NCBI GenBank assembly: GCA_019056805.1
Contig: DXJG01000002.1
Span: 493,103-525,102 of the forward strand
DNA length: 32,000 nucleotides
Source of the DNA: Candidatus Baldrarchaeota archaeon
Lineage (GTDB): Archaea > Asgardarchaeota > Baldrarchaeia > Baldrarchaeales > DXJG01
Direction of reading: 5' to 3'
Both the position numbers and the translations under genes were made by a program. How positions within the stretch are numbered: the stretch's first letter is position 1; each line of letters opens with the position of its first letter. A model generated the notes under the pieces. The model was not told where the DNA came from. It saw only the letters and a list, made by a program, of their open reading frames with translations, and did no database searches. Shown one piece after another: positions 10,038 through 18,743 of this stretch.

Positions 10038-11441
10038 TTGAACATTAGCTGGGGAAATATTGCAAAGAAAATTTCAGAGATTGTAGGGGAAGAAAATATT
10101 ACCACATCACTAGTAGACCTAATAACTTATTCCTCAGATGCATCAATTGATTCAGGAATGCCAAATCTCGTAGTATGGCCAACCACACCAGAACAGATCT
10201 CAAAAATAGTGAAACTAGCTAATGAGTATCATTTTCCCATAATTCCTCGAGGGGCAGGCACAGGTTTAAGTGGTGGAGCAGTTCCCAAATATGGTGGAGT
10301 TATTTTAGATTTATCACGTATGAATAAAATACTCGAAATAAGTACACAAGATCTTCAAGTCCTTGTAGAAGCTGGAGTTGTAGCAGATGACTTAAATCAA
10401 GAACTTGCAAAACATGGATTATTTTTCCCACCAGATCCTGCAAGTAGTAGTGCAGCCACAATAGGCGGTATGTTGGCAGAAAATGCAGGAGGAATTCGAG
10501 CAGTCAAATATGGTACTACAAGAGAGTGGGTACTTGGTTTAGAGGTCGTTTTACCGACAGGCGAAGTGCTATGGGTTGGGCGGAGGGCAATGAAGTGGGT
10601 TGCCGGATACGATCTTGTAAGATTATTTATTGGAAGTGAAGGAACACTAGGAATCATTACAAAAGCTTTGCTAAAGGTTAGACCACTCCCAGAAACCGCA
10701 TTGTCAGCTTTTGCAATGTTTAGCAGCCTAGAACAAGCAGTTCATTGCGTATACAAAATTATTATAGAGGGACTAGAACCCTCAAAGGTTGAATTTCTTG
10801 ACCAAATAACACTAGATGCTATTAGCAAATATACTGGAACAAGTTTTCCTCCTGGAGAGGCTGCCATTATAATAGAACTTGATGGTGAAAAATTAAGCGT
10901 CGAAAAAAGGCTCGAAAGACTAATTGAAATATTTAAAGAAGAAAAAGCATTAAGCTATGATGTTGCTAGGACACCCGAAGAAAATATGAGAATATGGCAG
11001 GCTAGAAAGGCAGCTCTTCCGGCATTATCATCAGTAAAACCAACCGTAGTTATAGAAGACGTTACCGTACCCATTAGTAAACTCCCATATATGGTAAAAG
11101 TTGTTCAAGAAATTTCCAAGAAATTTAATATTCCCGTAGCTACCTTTGGCCACGTAGGTGATGGCAATTTTCACCCATGTATTCTGTTAGATATTAGAAA
11201 TCGCGATGAAGTTGAAAGAATGGAAAAATGTGCATTAGAAATTGCTAAGGCTGCAATAAAAGTTGGAGGTACAGTGAGCGGTGAACATGGAATTGGAACA
11301 TTAAAAATGAACATGTACAGACATGAAGCACCAACAGAACTAGTAAAATTGCTGTTAAAAATAAAGAGAGCGCTGGATCCCAATAACATTATGAACCCCG
11401 GAAAAATCTTCCCCAAAGAATATTTGGAGGGAAATGCATGA
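10038..11441 (+). CDS. FAD-linked 2-hydroxyacid oxidoreductase subunit (GlcD/D-lactate dehydrogenase-like)
   Basis: PRGAGTGLSGGA, FFPPDPAS, ATIGG, GSEGTLGII, EDVTVP, FGHVGDGNFH, SGEHGIG, LDPNNIMNPGK. Confidence 0.92.
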   Translation: MNISWGNIAKKISEIVGEENITTSLVDLITYSSDASIDSGMPNLVVWPTTPEQISKIVKLANEYHFPIIPRGAGTGLSGGAVPKYGGVILDLSRMNKILEISTQDLQVLVEAGVVADDLNQELAKHGLFFPPDPASSSAATIGGMLAENAGGIRAVKYGTTREWVLGLEVVLPTGEVLWVGRRAMKWVAGYDLVRLFIGSEGTLGIITKALLKVRPLPETALSAFAMFSSLEQAVHCVYKIIIEGLEPSKVEFLDQITLDAISKYTGTSFPPGEAAIIIELDGEKLSVEKRLERLIEIFKEEKALSYDVARTPEENMRIWQARKAALPALSSVKPTVVIEDVTVPISKLPYMVKVVQEISKKFNIPVATFGHVGDGNFHPCILLDIRNRDEVERMEKCALEIAKAAIKVGGTVSGEHGIGTLKMNMYRHEAPTELVKLLLKIKRALDPNNIMNPGKIFPKEYLEGNA

Positions 11442-12562
11442 AATTGCTTCCAGATGACTTTGAAACACAGTTGATTAAATGTTCTGAATGTGGATTTTGC
11501 AGGCCAGCTTGTCCAACTCTCGCAGTCAAGATGACTGAGTCTTGGGGTGCTCGAGGAAGGAACATGATTATAAAAGCTGTAATTGATGGGCGTCTCAAAG
11601 TTGATGAAGAAGTTTTGAAAAGACTTTACAGTTGCGCACTCTGTAAAGCGTGCGAAGTTGTATGTCCATCTAAAGTTAAAGTTGTGGACATAATGGAGAT
11701 AGTGAGAAGCAAACTTACAGAATTAGAACTAGCCCCCTTAAAAGAACATAAAGAAATGATAGATACCATGTTTACCACTGGAAATATTTTTGGAGAATCG
11801 TTAGAATTTGAAAAAACCATTATATCATCTCCAGTTGAAACTTTGCTATTTCCTGGCTGCATGGCTGTAGTAAAAAATCCTGAAATAAAAGATGCTTGCA
11901 TTAAGCTTCTCGAAAAGGCGGGAATAAACTTCACAGTTTTCGAGGATAAAAATCTATGTTGCAGCGGTTATGCGAAAATGCTTGGTGTCGAAAAGAAATT
12001 TGAGGAATATGTAGCTAAACAAGCAGAAAAAATATTTTCTCTCGGCATCAAGCAGATTGTTACCCCATGTCCCCTATGTTATACAACCCTTAAAGAAGAT
12101 TATCCTTTTGACGGCAAAATCAAGGTTATACATTTATCGGAACTATTAAGCGACCTACTAAAAAGTGCAAAAATAAATTTTACAAGAAAAGTCGACTCTG
12201 TTGTTGTTTTCAAAGATCCATGCCATCTAGGAAGATGGGAACAGATTTACGATCCGCCAAGATATGTTCTTTCTCAAATTCCCGGAATAAAAATAATTGA
12301 ATTTACAAAAAACCGCGAAAATGCTCAATGCTGCGGTGGAACAATAAGAATACCCTTTATGGACATGCGAACAGAAATGAGCAACAAATTAATAGAAGAC
12401 GCTGAAAATCTAGGGGCTGATCTAATAGTTACATCATGTCCATCATGCTTCTTCAACATAAGTTCATCAGCATACTTCTCAGATGTAAAAGTTGTCGATC
12501 TCAGCATTTTAGCAGCATATGCCGCAGAACTGATAGACGAACTGATAATTGGAGGAGAATAG
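11438..12562 (+). CDS. Fe-S/CCG-domain subunit (GlcF/HdrD-like)
   Basis: Two ferredoxin motifs (CSECGFCRPACP, CALCKACEVVCP) and two CCG-type domains (FPGC, CCSG, TPCPLC, DPCHLGR, CCGG, TSCPSC). ATGA overlap with the FAD subunit. Confidence 0.9.
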   Translation: MKLLPDDFETQLIKCSECGFCRPACPTLAVKMTESWGARGRNMIIKAVIDGRLKVDEEVLKRLYSCALCKACEVVCPSKVKVVDIMEIVRSKLTELELAPLKEHKEMIDTMFTTGNIFGESLEFEKTIISSPVETLLFPGCMAVVKNPEIKDACIKLLEKAGINFTVFEDKNLCCSGYAKMLGVEKKFEEYVAKQAEKIFSLGIKQIVTPCPLCYTTLKEDYPFDGKIKVIHLSELLSDLLKSAKINFTRKVDSVVVFKDPCHLGRWEQIYDPPRYVLSQIPGIKIIEFTKNRENAQCCGGTIRIPFMDMRTEMSNKLIEDAENLGADLIVTSCPSCFFNISSSAYFSDVKVVDLSILAAYAAELIDELIIGGE

Positions 12563-12795
12563 TATCTATCAAGCTAACTTAAAATCCACAAGACCTCCAT
12601 ATCCCTAGAACAGATGGCGGCACCGAAAATTCCACCAAAATACATAAAAAACCAGAACATTTTTTATACAGAAAAATTAAACCATGGTAATTCTCGTGAA
12701 AAACTTATTTTATTATAGCATACGTAAGCCGCTAGTAAAAGTATATATAGCTGAGAGTGTAGTGTAAATGTACGTTTAATCTCTAAAATGAGTCC

Positions 12796-13740
12796 GTGGT
12801 GAAAAATTTGGTTGAAGCAGGTAGTCAATCATTAAGGCCCTTAAGCGTCTCTGAAATTATTAGTAAAGGGTTATCTATTCTATTTAAACGATACTTTGCA
12901 TTTGTATTACCATTCTTTATCCTATCGTTAATTGAATGGCCAATATCTGTAATCTTTTCGGCTCTTTTATATATTCGGTCACAGCACCCAGCCTTAATGG
13001 GAATCCTTATATTCGGAGGGTTTGCTTCTTTCATCTTAACATTGATTTTCAACGCTTTAAGCACAGGTATAGTTACACAAATGGCAGCTGACGAGTTTCT
13101 AGGCCAAGAAACTGGTCTTAGAAAGAGTTTTGACGCAGCTTTAGGAGTTATTTTATCATTAATTGTCGCTGCAATCATAGTAGGTATAGTCATAGTAATA
13201 GGTTTGATGCTTTTCATTATTCCAGGAATAATATTTTGGGTATGGTTCTGCTTAACCTCAACAGTCATAGTTTTGGAGAGAAAGGGAGCATTTGAAGCTA
13301 TGGGTAGAAGTAAAGAACTCGTCAAGGGCAACTGGTTTCACGCATTCGTTGTGCTACTTGTTACCATAATAATAACCTTTATAGCCTCCCTAATTAGTGG
13401 GGTTATCAGTGGAATATTTGCTTGGCTACTACCACCTGTATTAGCTATCTTCGTCAGAAAACTTATTTCAAGCTTTATCTCCCCGATTTCAGCAGTAATA
13501 TTAACCGTCTTATACTTCGATCTTTCAGCTAGAAAAACCATAGCAGAAATTCCACCAATTCCTCCTCCAACCCCTGTCACTCCTCCACCACCGCCAACAC
13601 CTTACATTGAAACTCGAGAAGAAATTGAAGCCGAAAAACCTCCAACAATCACCTATAAATTCTGTCCCTATTGCGGAGCACAAATACCACCCGGCGCGAG
13701 ATTCTGTCCCAGATGCGGAGCATCGCTCGAAGCAAAGTAA
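12796..13740 (+). CDS. Multi-pass membrane protein with Pro-rich linker and C-terminal zinc ribbon
   Basis: About 6 TM segments resembling the GDPD-membrane-domain-like family, then IPPIPPPTPVTPPPPPTP, then FCPYCG...FCPRCG. Confidence 0.8.
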   Translation: MVKNLVEAGSQSLRPLSVSEIISKGLSILFKRYFAFVLPFFILSLIEWPISVIFSALLYIRSQHPALMGILIFGGFASFILTLIFNALSTGIVTQMAADEFLGQETGLRKSFDAALGVILSLIVAAIIVGIVIVIGLMLFIIPGIIFWVWFCLTSTVIVLERKGAFEAMGRSKELVKGNWFHAFVVLLVTIIITFIASLISGVISGIFAWLLPPVLAIFVRKLISSFISPISAVILTVLYFDLSARKTIAEIPPIPPPTPVTPPPPPTPYIETREEIEAEKPPTITYKFCPYCGAQIPPGARFCPRCGASLEAK

Positions 13741-13755
13741 CAAAGAGGGGTATCT

Positions 13756-14196
13756 GTGCCCCTAAAAATATATTTTTCAGCCCCCATTAAGGGAGATCGC
13801 TCCAATCTTGAAACAAACAAGTTTATTGTAGATTTTCTGAAAAAAGCCGGATATACTATTCTAACCGAACATGTAGTTTCTGAAAATCCAATTGAAGAGG
13901 GGCTAAGTCCTAAGCAAATATACTTAAGAGATATGAAGTGGCTTAAAGAAAGCAACGTTTTAATTGCAGAAGTTTCCTATCCTAGCTTGGGAGTTGGCTT
14001 TGAAATCGCAAAAGCTCTTTTTCTAGGTAAATCTGTAATATGCTTACTAAAAAAGGAACTGAAAGAAAGATGTTCCCTACTAATTAGAGGAATTCAAGAT
14101 CCCAAATTCAAGATCATTGAATACGCCGATCTCTCCGAATTAAAAGAAAAACTATTAAGAACTTTATCTATTGTAGAAACTCGAAATAGATCATAA
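13756..14196 (+). CDS. Nucleoside 2-deoxyribosyltransferase / Rcl(DNPH1)-like N-glycosidase
   Basis: KIYFSAPIKG, ILTEHV, IYLRDMKWL, AEVSYPSLGVGFEI. Confidence 0.88.
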   Translation: MPLKIYFSAPIKGDRSNLETNKFIVDFLKKAGYTILTEHVVSENPIEEGLSPKQIYLRDMKWLKESNVLIAEVSYPSLGVGFEIAKALFLGKSVICLLKKELKERCSLLIRGIQDPKFKIIEYADLSELKEKLLRTLSIVETRNRS

Positions 14197-14210
14197 AATC
14201 AAACCATTTT

Positions 14211-14795
14211 TTAGATTTCCCCTTCTGCCAGTTTTTTGAGAGCATTTTTTCCCTCTATAAAACCTCTTGCAATAATAATATCTCCAGCCTTTAATACAAA
14301 GTCACTCGGTGGATTATAAAACCATTTGTCCTCTCTCTTTAACGCTATTATTTTTACTCCGATTTTTTCTTCAAGTTTTGCTTCTCCTATCATTTTACCA
14401 TTTAATATAGAGTTTTCAGAAATTGTTGCTTGCATCACCATTTCTTCAGCTTCTTCCATCACCATTTTCAATATTGGATGAGGTTCAACACCTCTAAGAA
14501 CGATATCCGCTATCTCAGCAGCTGCATCAGCTAAGTTCTCTGTTGCCACACCCAGCCTTAGAAGACCTAGCAAGTTCTTTTCATCCTCTTTTCTTTTAAT
14601 TCCTATCTTTAAAACCTTTAGCTCAAATTTTGTATGCAATTTATCAACGTATTCTTCTAAATCCATAACTCTCTCTGCCAAGTCCTTGTCATCGAAGATC
14701 AGAGCGGAATATGCCAAATCTATCATAAACTCACATGTGTTTTTCAACTGTCTTATCATGTCTTCAATCATTATCCACTCTTCTTCACTTGTCAC
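14211..14795 (-). CDS. PhoU-domain + TrkA-C (RCK_C) protein
   Basis: MIDLAYSAL...ENLADAA PhoU helices and a C-terminal NGKMIGE...GVKIIALKR...NPP RCK_C domain. Confidence 0.85.
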   Translation of the reverse strand: MTSEEEWIMIEDMIRQLKNTCEFMIDLAYSALIFDDKDLAERVMDLEEYVDKLHTKFELKVLKIGIKRKEDEKNLLGLLRLGVATENLADAAAEIADIVLRGVEPHPILKMVMEEAEEMVMQATISENSILNGKMIGEAKLEEKIGVKIIALKREDKWFYNPPSDFVLKAGDIIIARGFIEGKNALKKLAEGEI

Positions 14796-15406
14796 TTAGC
14801 TACCTCCGGAAGCTTATTAACCTTACCTGAAGACAATTTATCAAGAAATTCTATACTTTCAACACTCCCCCTAGCAATTAAAATGTCTCCAACTTGTAGC
14901 TTAATTTTCTTGTTTGGATTTAAAATCCAGTCTTTCCCCCTTCTAAGAGCTATGACATCCACACCTATCCTTGTTTCTAACTCTAAATCTTCAAAAGTTT
15001 TATTTATTAATACGCTTTTTTCTCGTATTTTAATTCTTCCAATAATCTCTTCAGTCTTCTTGAAAGCTGAATGAATAGTTGGATGTACAGATATGTCGAG
15101 GAGTACGAGATTTGCTATATCTGCTGCTGCATCTGACATTTTATCAACTGCCGATGCAACTTTAAGTATTCCTGATACTTGTTCAGCATCTTCTCTATCA
15201 CGGGCTGCTAAAGCTGCCTGTATACCGAGAAGATAACCGAGATAATCTACTCTTTCCTCTAGTCTCATAACTTCCTCTGCAAGTTTTTTATGATCATATA
15301 GAAAAGCAGAATATGCCAAATCTATCATGAGAGACGAAAGATTTTTCATCTCTTTAAGAAGTTCTTTAACAGAAAGTGGTTTATACTGAACTTCTTGAGT
15401 TCCCAC
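14792..15406 (-). CDS. PhoU-domain + TrkA-C (RCK_C) protein, paralogue of the neighbour
   Basis: LMIDLAYSAF...DKMSDAAADIA and GVDVIALRRG...NP. GTGA overlap with the downstream paralogue. Confidence 0.85.
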   Translation of the reverse strand: MGTQEVQYKPLSVKELLKEMKNLSSLMIDLAYSAFLYDHKKLAEEVMRLEERVDYLGYLLGIQAALAARDREDAEQVSGILKVASAVDKMSDAAADIANLVLLDISVHPTIHSAFKKTEEIIGRIKIREKSVLINKTFEDLELETRIGVDVIALRRGKDWILNPNKKIKLQVGDILIARGSVESIEFLDKLSSGKVNKLPEVAK

Positions 15407-15744
15407 TTCTTATACTCCTCCAACTTCACCTATTCCATTTAAAATTTAAAACTTATTCCATAAATTCATGGTTCTTAGAAAAAATATTGTTTTCCTCTTA
15501 ATTGTTATTAATTGTTTCTCATAAGTATTTCTCTAATAATAGTTATTCATTTCATGGTATCCACTTTTTTAATATTAAAAGCACATGAAATCAAAAACAC
15601 ATATCTAGAATTTCTTAGTTCTTGAATTCTTAGAAAAGGATTCATAAATGTTTTCATCTTGTTTCGACCTTTTTTGTCGAGTATTATAAATAATAGTAAA
15701 ATATATTACCACATTAAGATGTAATATTTACTATAACATTTTTC

Positions 15745-16587
15745 ATGATGATCAAAATGAATACATCGCTCCAAAAAAAGCTACTTAAAATACTCGAAGA
15801 ATTAGGATTTACGCAAAATGAAGCCAAAATATACTTAGTTCTATTTTTCTCCGGCGCCCCGCTAAATGCATCCGAAATATCAAATTATTCAAATGTCCCC
15901 CGTCCCAATGTTTATGAAACAATAAATAAACTCATAGAAAAGGGTTTTGTTTTAAAAGAGGCCTCTAGTAGAGGAGGACGATATGTAGCTATTATACCTC
16001 AAGAAATGCTAGATATGCTACGTAAAAGATATGAACAACGCCTAAAACTAATCGATGAAACAATATTACAGTTTAAGGAAATGCTTAACAGGAGTTTAGG
16101 TGAATCTAAACTCTCAGCCATGAGTACAATAGAATTTATTAACGATGAAGAAAAAATCACTAGAATTATTGGAGAGGTCCTTGAATCTGCTCAATCCAAA
16201 CTAATTACAATCATCACCCCCGATGTCTTAGAGATCGAAGGGAAAAATATTGTTAGAATGCTTAGACGTTTGGCCAAAAGGAATGTGGATATTACCGTGG
16301 GAATAAAGACAAATGATGATTATAAGTACTATGTTCGTGAACTATCAAAAATCTCTACTTTATATCTCTGGACTTATGGCGAATTACCACTTGGTTGCTA
16401 TATTGCTGACGATACTAACTGCTTAGTTACATTAGTTGGGAAATGGTCACCAATTGTATCCTATAATGTTGGTATTTTTACCGGAAATCCACTATACACA
16501 AAATCCTTCGGATACTTCGCTCAAAAACTCCTAACATTGACGACACAAGAAATAGAGATAGTTAAAGAAATTCGTAGAAGAAGATAG
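15745..16587 (+). CDS. TrmB-family transcriptional regulator
   Basis: LEELGFTQNEAKIY...SEIS..SNVPRPNVYETINKLIEKGFV wHTH, followed by a TrmB-type effector domain. Confidence 0.9.
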   Translation: MMIKMNTSLQKKLLKILEELGFTQNEAKIYLVLFFSGAPLNASEISNYSNVPRPNVYETINKLIEKGFVLKEASSRGGRYVAIIPQEMLDMLRKRYEQRLKLIDETILQFKEMLNRSLGESKLSAMSTIEFINDEEKITRIIGEVLESAQSKLITIITPDVLEIEGKNIVRMLRRLAKRNVDITVGIKTNDDYKYYVRELSKISTLYLWTYGELPLGCYIADDTNCLVTLVGKWSPIVSYNVGIFTGNPLYTKSFGYFAQKLLTLTTQEIEIVKEIRRRR

Positions 16588-16608
16588 AGTACAAGGTTTA
16601 CATGAATG

Positions 16609-17199
16609 TTATCTTGTCTTTTTTATCTTCTGCAATCTCAACAATAGCTCTCTGGCTTGGGAGTTTTTTTCGAAGTATTCTCTTACAGGTTTCAAAAATT
16701 CTATTAGTGCCTCTGCCGCGGCATTTTTTAGATCCAATGGGTGAAGTTCACCCTTTAAATATATTTGTTCTAATTCGGGATAACTTTCAACAATTAAATC
16801 TCCACCATACTTTTCGGGTCTATGTATCTCTAATGTAAAATCATCTCGTGCAAATAATAAGTACTTATTTATTTCCATAATCGGATTAAATTCTATATCT
16901 TTTGGTGGACAATAAGCTTGTTTAATCTTTTTCCTTATATCTTCCGGTGTATCATGAACAAATATACATGTTTCAGGCAGACTTTTACTCATTTTCGTAT
17001 CTAAAAGAATTTCTTCTCTTGATTTTCCCGTAACATCCATCCTTCCTACCCCAGCCAAACCTGAGAGAAGAGGTGTATGAACAGCTACCGGCTTTCTTCT
17101 ACCAAGTTTCGGTGCAATATCCCTACATAACATGTGGACACTTCTTTGATCCATTCCACCATAAGCTACATCCACATCAAGAAGAAAAACATCTGCTGC
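16609..17199 (-). pseudogene. tyrS: 5'-truncated tyrosyl-tRNA synthetase (C-terminal ~196 codons intact; HIGH-motif half missing)
   Basis: AADVFLLDVDVAYGGMDQRSVHM...KMSKS...AYCP...LHPLDLK. An in-frame TAA (17200-17202) sits where the Gln of YPxMQAAD is expected, and I found no TyrRS similarity further upstream on the minus strand. Confidence 0.85.
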
Positions 17200-17214
17200 T
17201 TAGCGCGCGCTAAG
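17199..17214. repeat. Perfect 16-bp palindrome CTTAGCGCGCGCTAAG at the tyrS breakpoint
   Basis: Read directly and self-complementary. AACATC copies lie at 17188-17193 and 17215-17220. Confidence 0.9.
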
Positions 17215-17489
17215 AACATCAAAAATCTTACAGTTAAGTCCATTTATCCGCAATATTTTAAAATTCAGGTATTTTTCATATCTTGGGTGGAAGTGATGGT
17301 GCTTCAATGTCAAGAAGATTGCTTCAGAGAAAATATTCAGGACTTACGTAGATTCCTCTTCAGGGCTCTATATAGAAATTAAATTCTAATGTTATCGCGT
17401 GGATCTTAAAAATTCTTCTTCCTGATATTTCTATTGACCTTTTTGAGCGGAAGATTCCGAATATCACCTTCTGCTCTTAAAATTTAATG

Positions 17490-17510
17490 CAAGGGTTCTA
17501 GAGAACCTTG
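17490..17510. repeat. Near-perfect inverted repeat CAAGGGTTCTAGAGAACCTTG
   Basis: Arms CAAG(G)GTTC / GAACCTTG around TAGA, with one bulged base. Confidence 0.6.
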
Positions 17511-17669
17511 ATCTAACAGAAAGAAAACAAAAACTACGTTTCCCATAAGCTAGCCAGATAGTTCCTAGACTTCTATTATGCGAAAATGCTTTAAGTTAAA
17601 TTTTTCAAAGTTGTTAAATTAACATGATATTCAGAAAAATAAAAGTTCAATAGAAGGAGGAATATAGAC

Positions 17670-18743
17670 ATGGATGTAGAAGAAAGATTAAATTTGATTA
17701 AACGACCACCAACAGAAGAAATAATAACAGAAGAGGAGTTAAGAGAGCTTCTAGAAACCACTACCCATCCTAAGCATTACATAGGATTTGAAATTTCCGG
17801 TTTATTACACTTAGGAACTTTAATAATATGTGGTTATAAGATAAATGACTTAGCAGAAGCTGGTGTTGACGTTACAGTTTATCTTGCAGATTGGCATAGT
17901 TTTATCAATAAAAAGCTAGGTGGAAACTGGGAAAACATTCTAAAGGCTGCAAAGTATTATGAGAAAGCTTTTAAATTCTTTTGTCCCAAAGCAAAAATTG
18001 TTCTTGGATCAGAATTATATCATCATAACGATGAGTATTGGAAAGATGTTATAAGATTCTCTTCGCATATAACGTTGGCCAGGAATGTACGTTGCCTAAC
18101 AATAATGGGAAGAAGTGAAAAGGAAAAATTAAATTTTGCGCAATATATTTACCCGCCCATGCAAGCTGTGGATATAAAATATCTGGGTGAAGATATACCA
18201 CATGGTGGGATGGATCAAAGAAAGGTTCATGTTTTAGCAAGAGAAGTATTTCCAAAACTTGGTTGGAAAAAACCCGTAGCACTTCATCATCATTTGTTAA
18301 TGGGTTTGGCAGGACCACCGAGAATAAAAACTAAGGATAAATTAGAGAAAGTAATTGCAATGAAAATGAGTAAAAGCAAACCATGGACATGTATATTTAT
18401 TCATGACTCTGAAGAACAAATAAAGAAAAAACTATTAAAAGCATGGTGTCCCGAGAGGCAGGTTGAATTCAACCCTGTATTAGAATTGGTTAAATACATA
18501 ATTTTTCACGAAAAAAAGGAGTTCTTAGTTGAGAGGGAAAGTAAACATGGCGGAGATATAGTTTTTTCTTCTTATGAAGAGTTGGAAAAAGAATACATTA
18601 AAGGGAATCTCCATCCTTTAGATTTGAAACTATCTGTCGCGCGAGAAATCTCAAATATACTAGATCCCATCAGGAAGTATTTTGAAAGACCATCAAATAG
18701 GAAATTGTTAAACGTTTTTAAAGAAGTTAAAATTATAAGATAG
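17670..18743 (+). CDS. tyrS: Tyrosyl-tRNA synthetase, archaeal type, full length
   Basis: YIGFEISGLLHLGT (HIGH), LADWH, YPPMQAVD, GGMDQRK, KMSKS, LHPLDLK. GGAGG RBS. Confidence 0.96.
   Translation: MDVEERLNLIKRPPTEEIITEEELRELLETTTHPKHYIGFEISGLLHLGTLIICGYKINDLAEAGVDVTVYLADWHSFINKKLGGNWENILKAAKYYEKAFKFFCPKAKIVLGSELYHHNDEYWKDVIRFSSHITLARNVRCLTIMGRSEKEKLNFAQYIYPPMQAVDIKYLGEDIPHGGMDQRKVHVLAREVFPKLGWKKPVALHHHLLMGLAGPPRIKTKDKLEKVIAMKMSKSKPWTCIFIHDSEEQIKKKLLKAWCPERQVEFNPVLELVKYIIFHEKKEFLVERESKHGGDIVFSSYEELEKEYIKGNLHPLDLKLSVAREISNILDPIRKYFERPSNRKLLNVFKEVKIIR

Noticed and set aside
1921-14196. Functional link between thyX and the Rcl-like N-glycosidase (modified-base metabolism)
   Set aside because: About 11 kb apart with unrelated genes between them, and both are common housekeeping or sanitising enzymes.
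14211-15406. Tandem PhoU-TrkA_C paralogues as a novelty
   Set aside because: This paired arrangement is familiar from many archaea.
15690-15735. Imperfect inverted repeat upstream of TrmB as an autoregulatory site
   Set aside because: Requires bulges and is almost all A/T, so it is not distinguishable from background.
17200-17669. Stop-codon readthrough, Sec/Pyl recoding or frameshift restoring full-length tyrS copy 1
   Set aside because: The stop is TAA, and manual translation upstream shows no GFEPSG, HIGH, ADWH or YPxM remnants.
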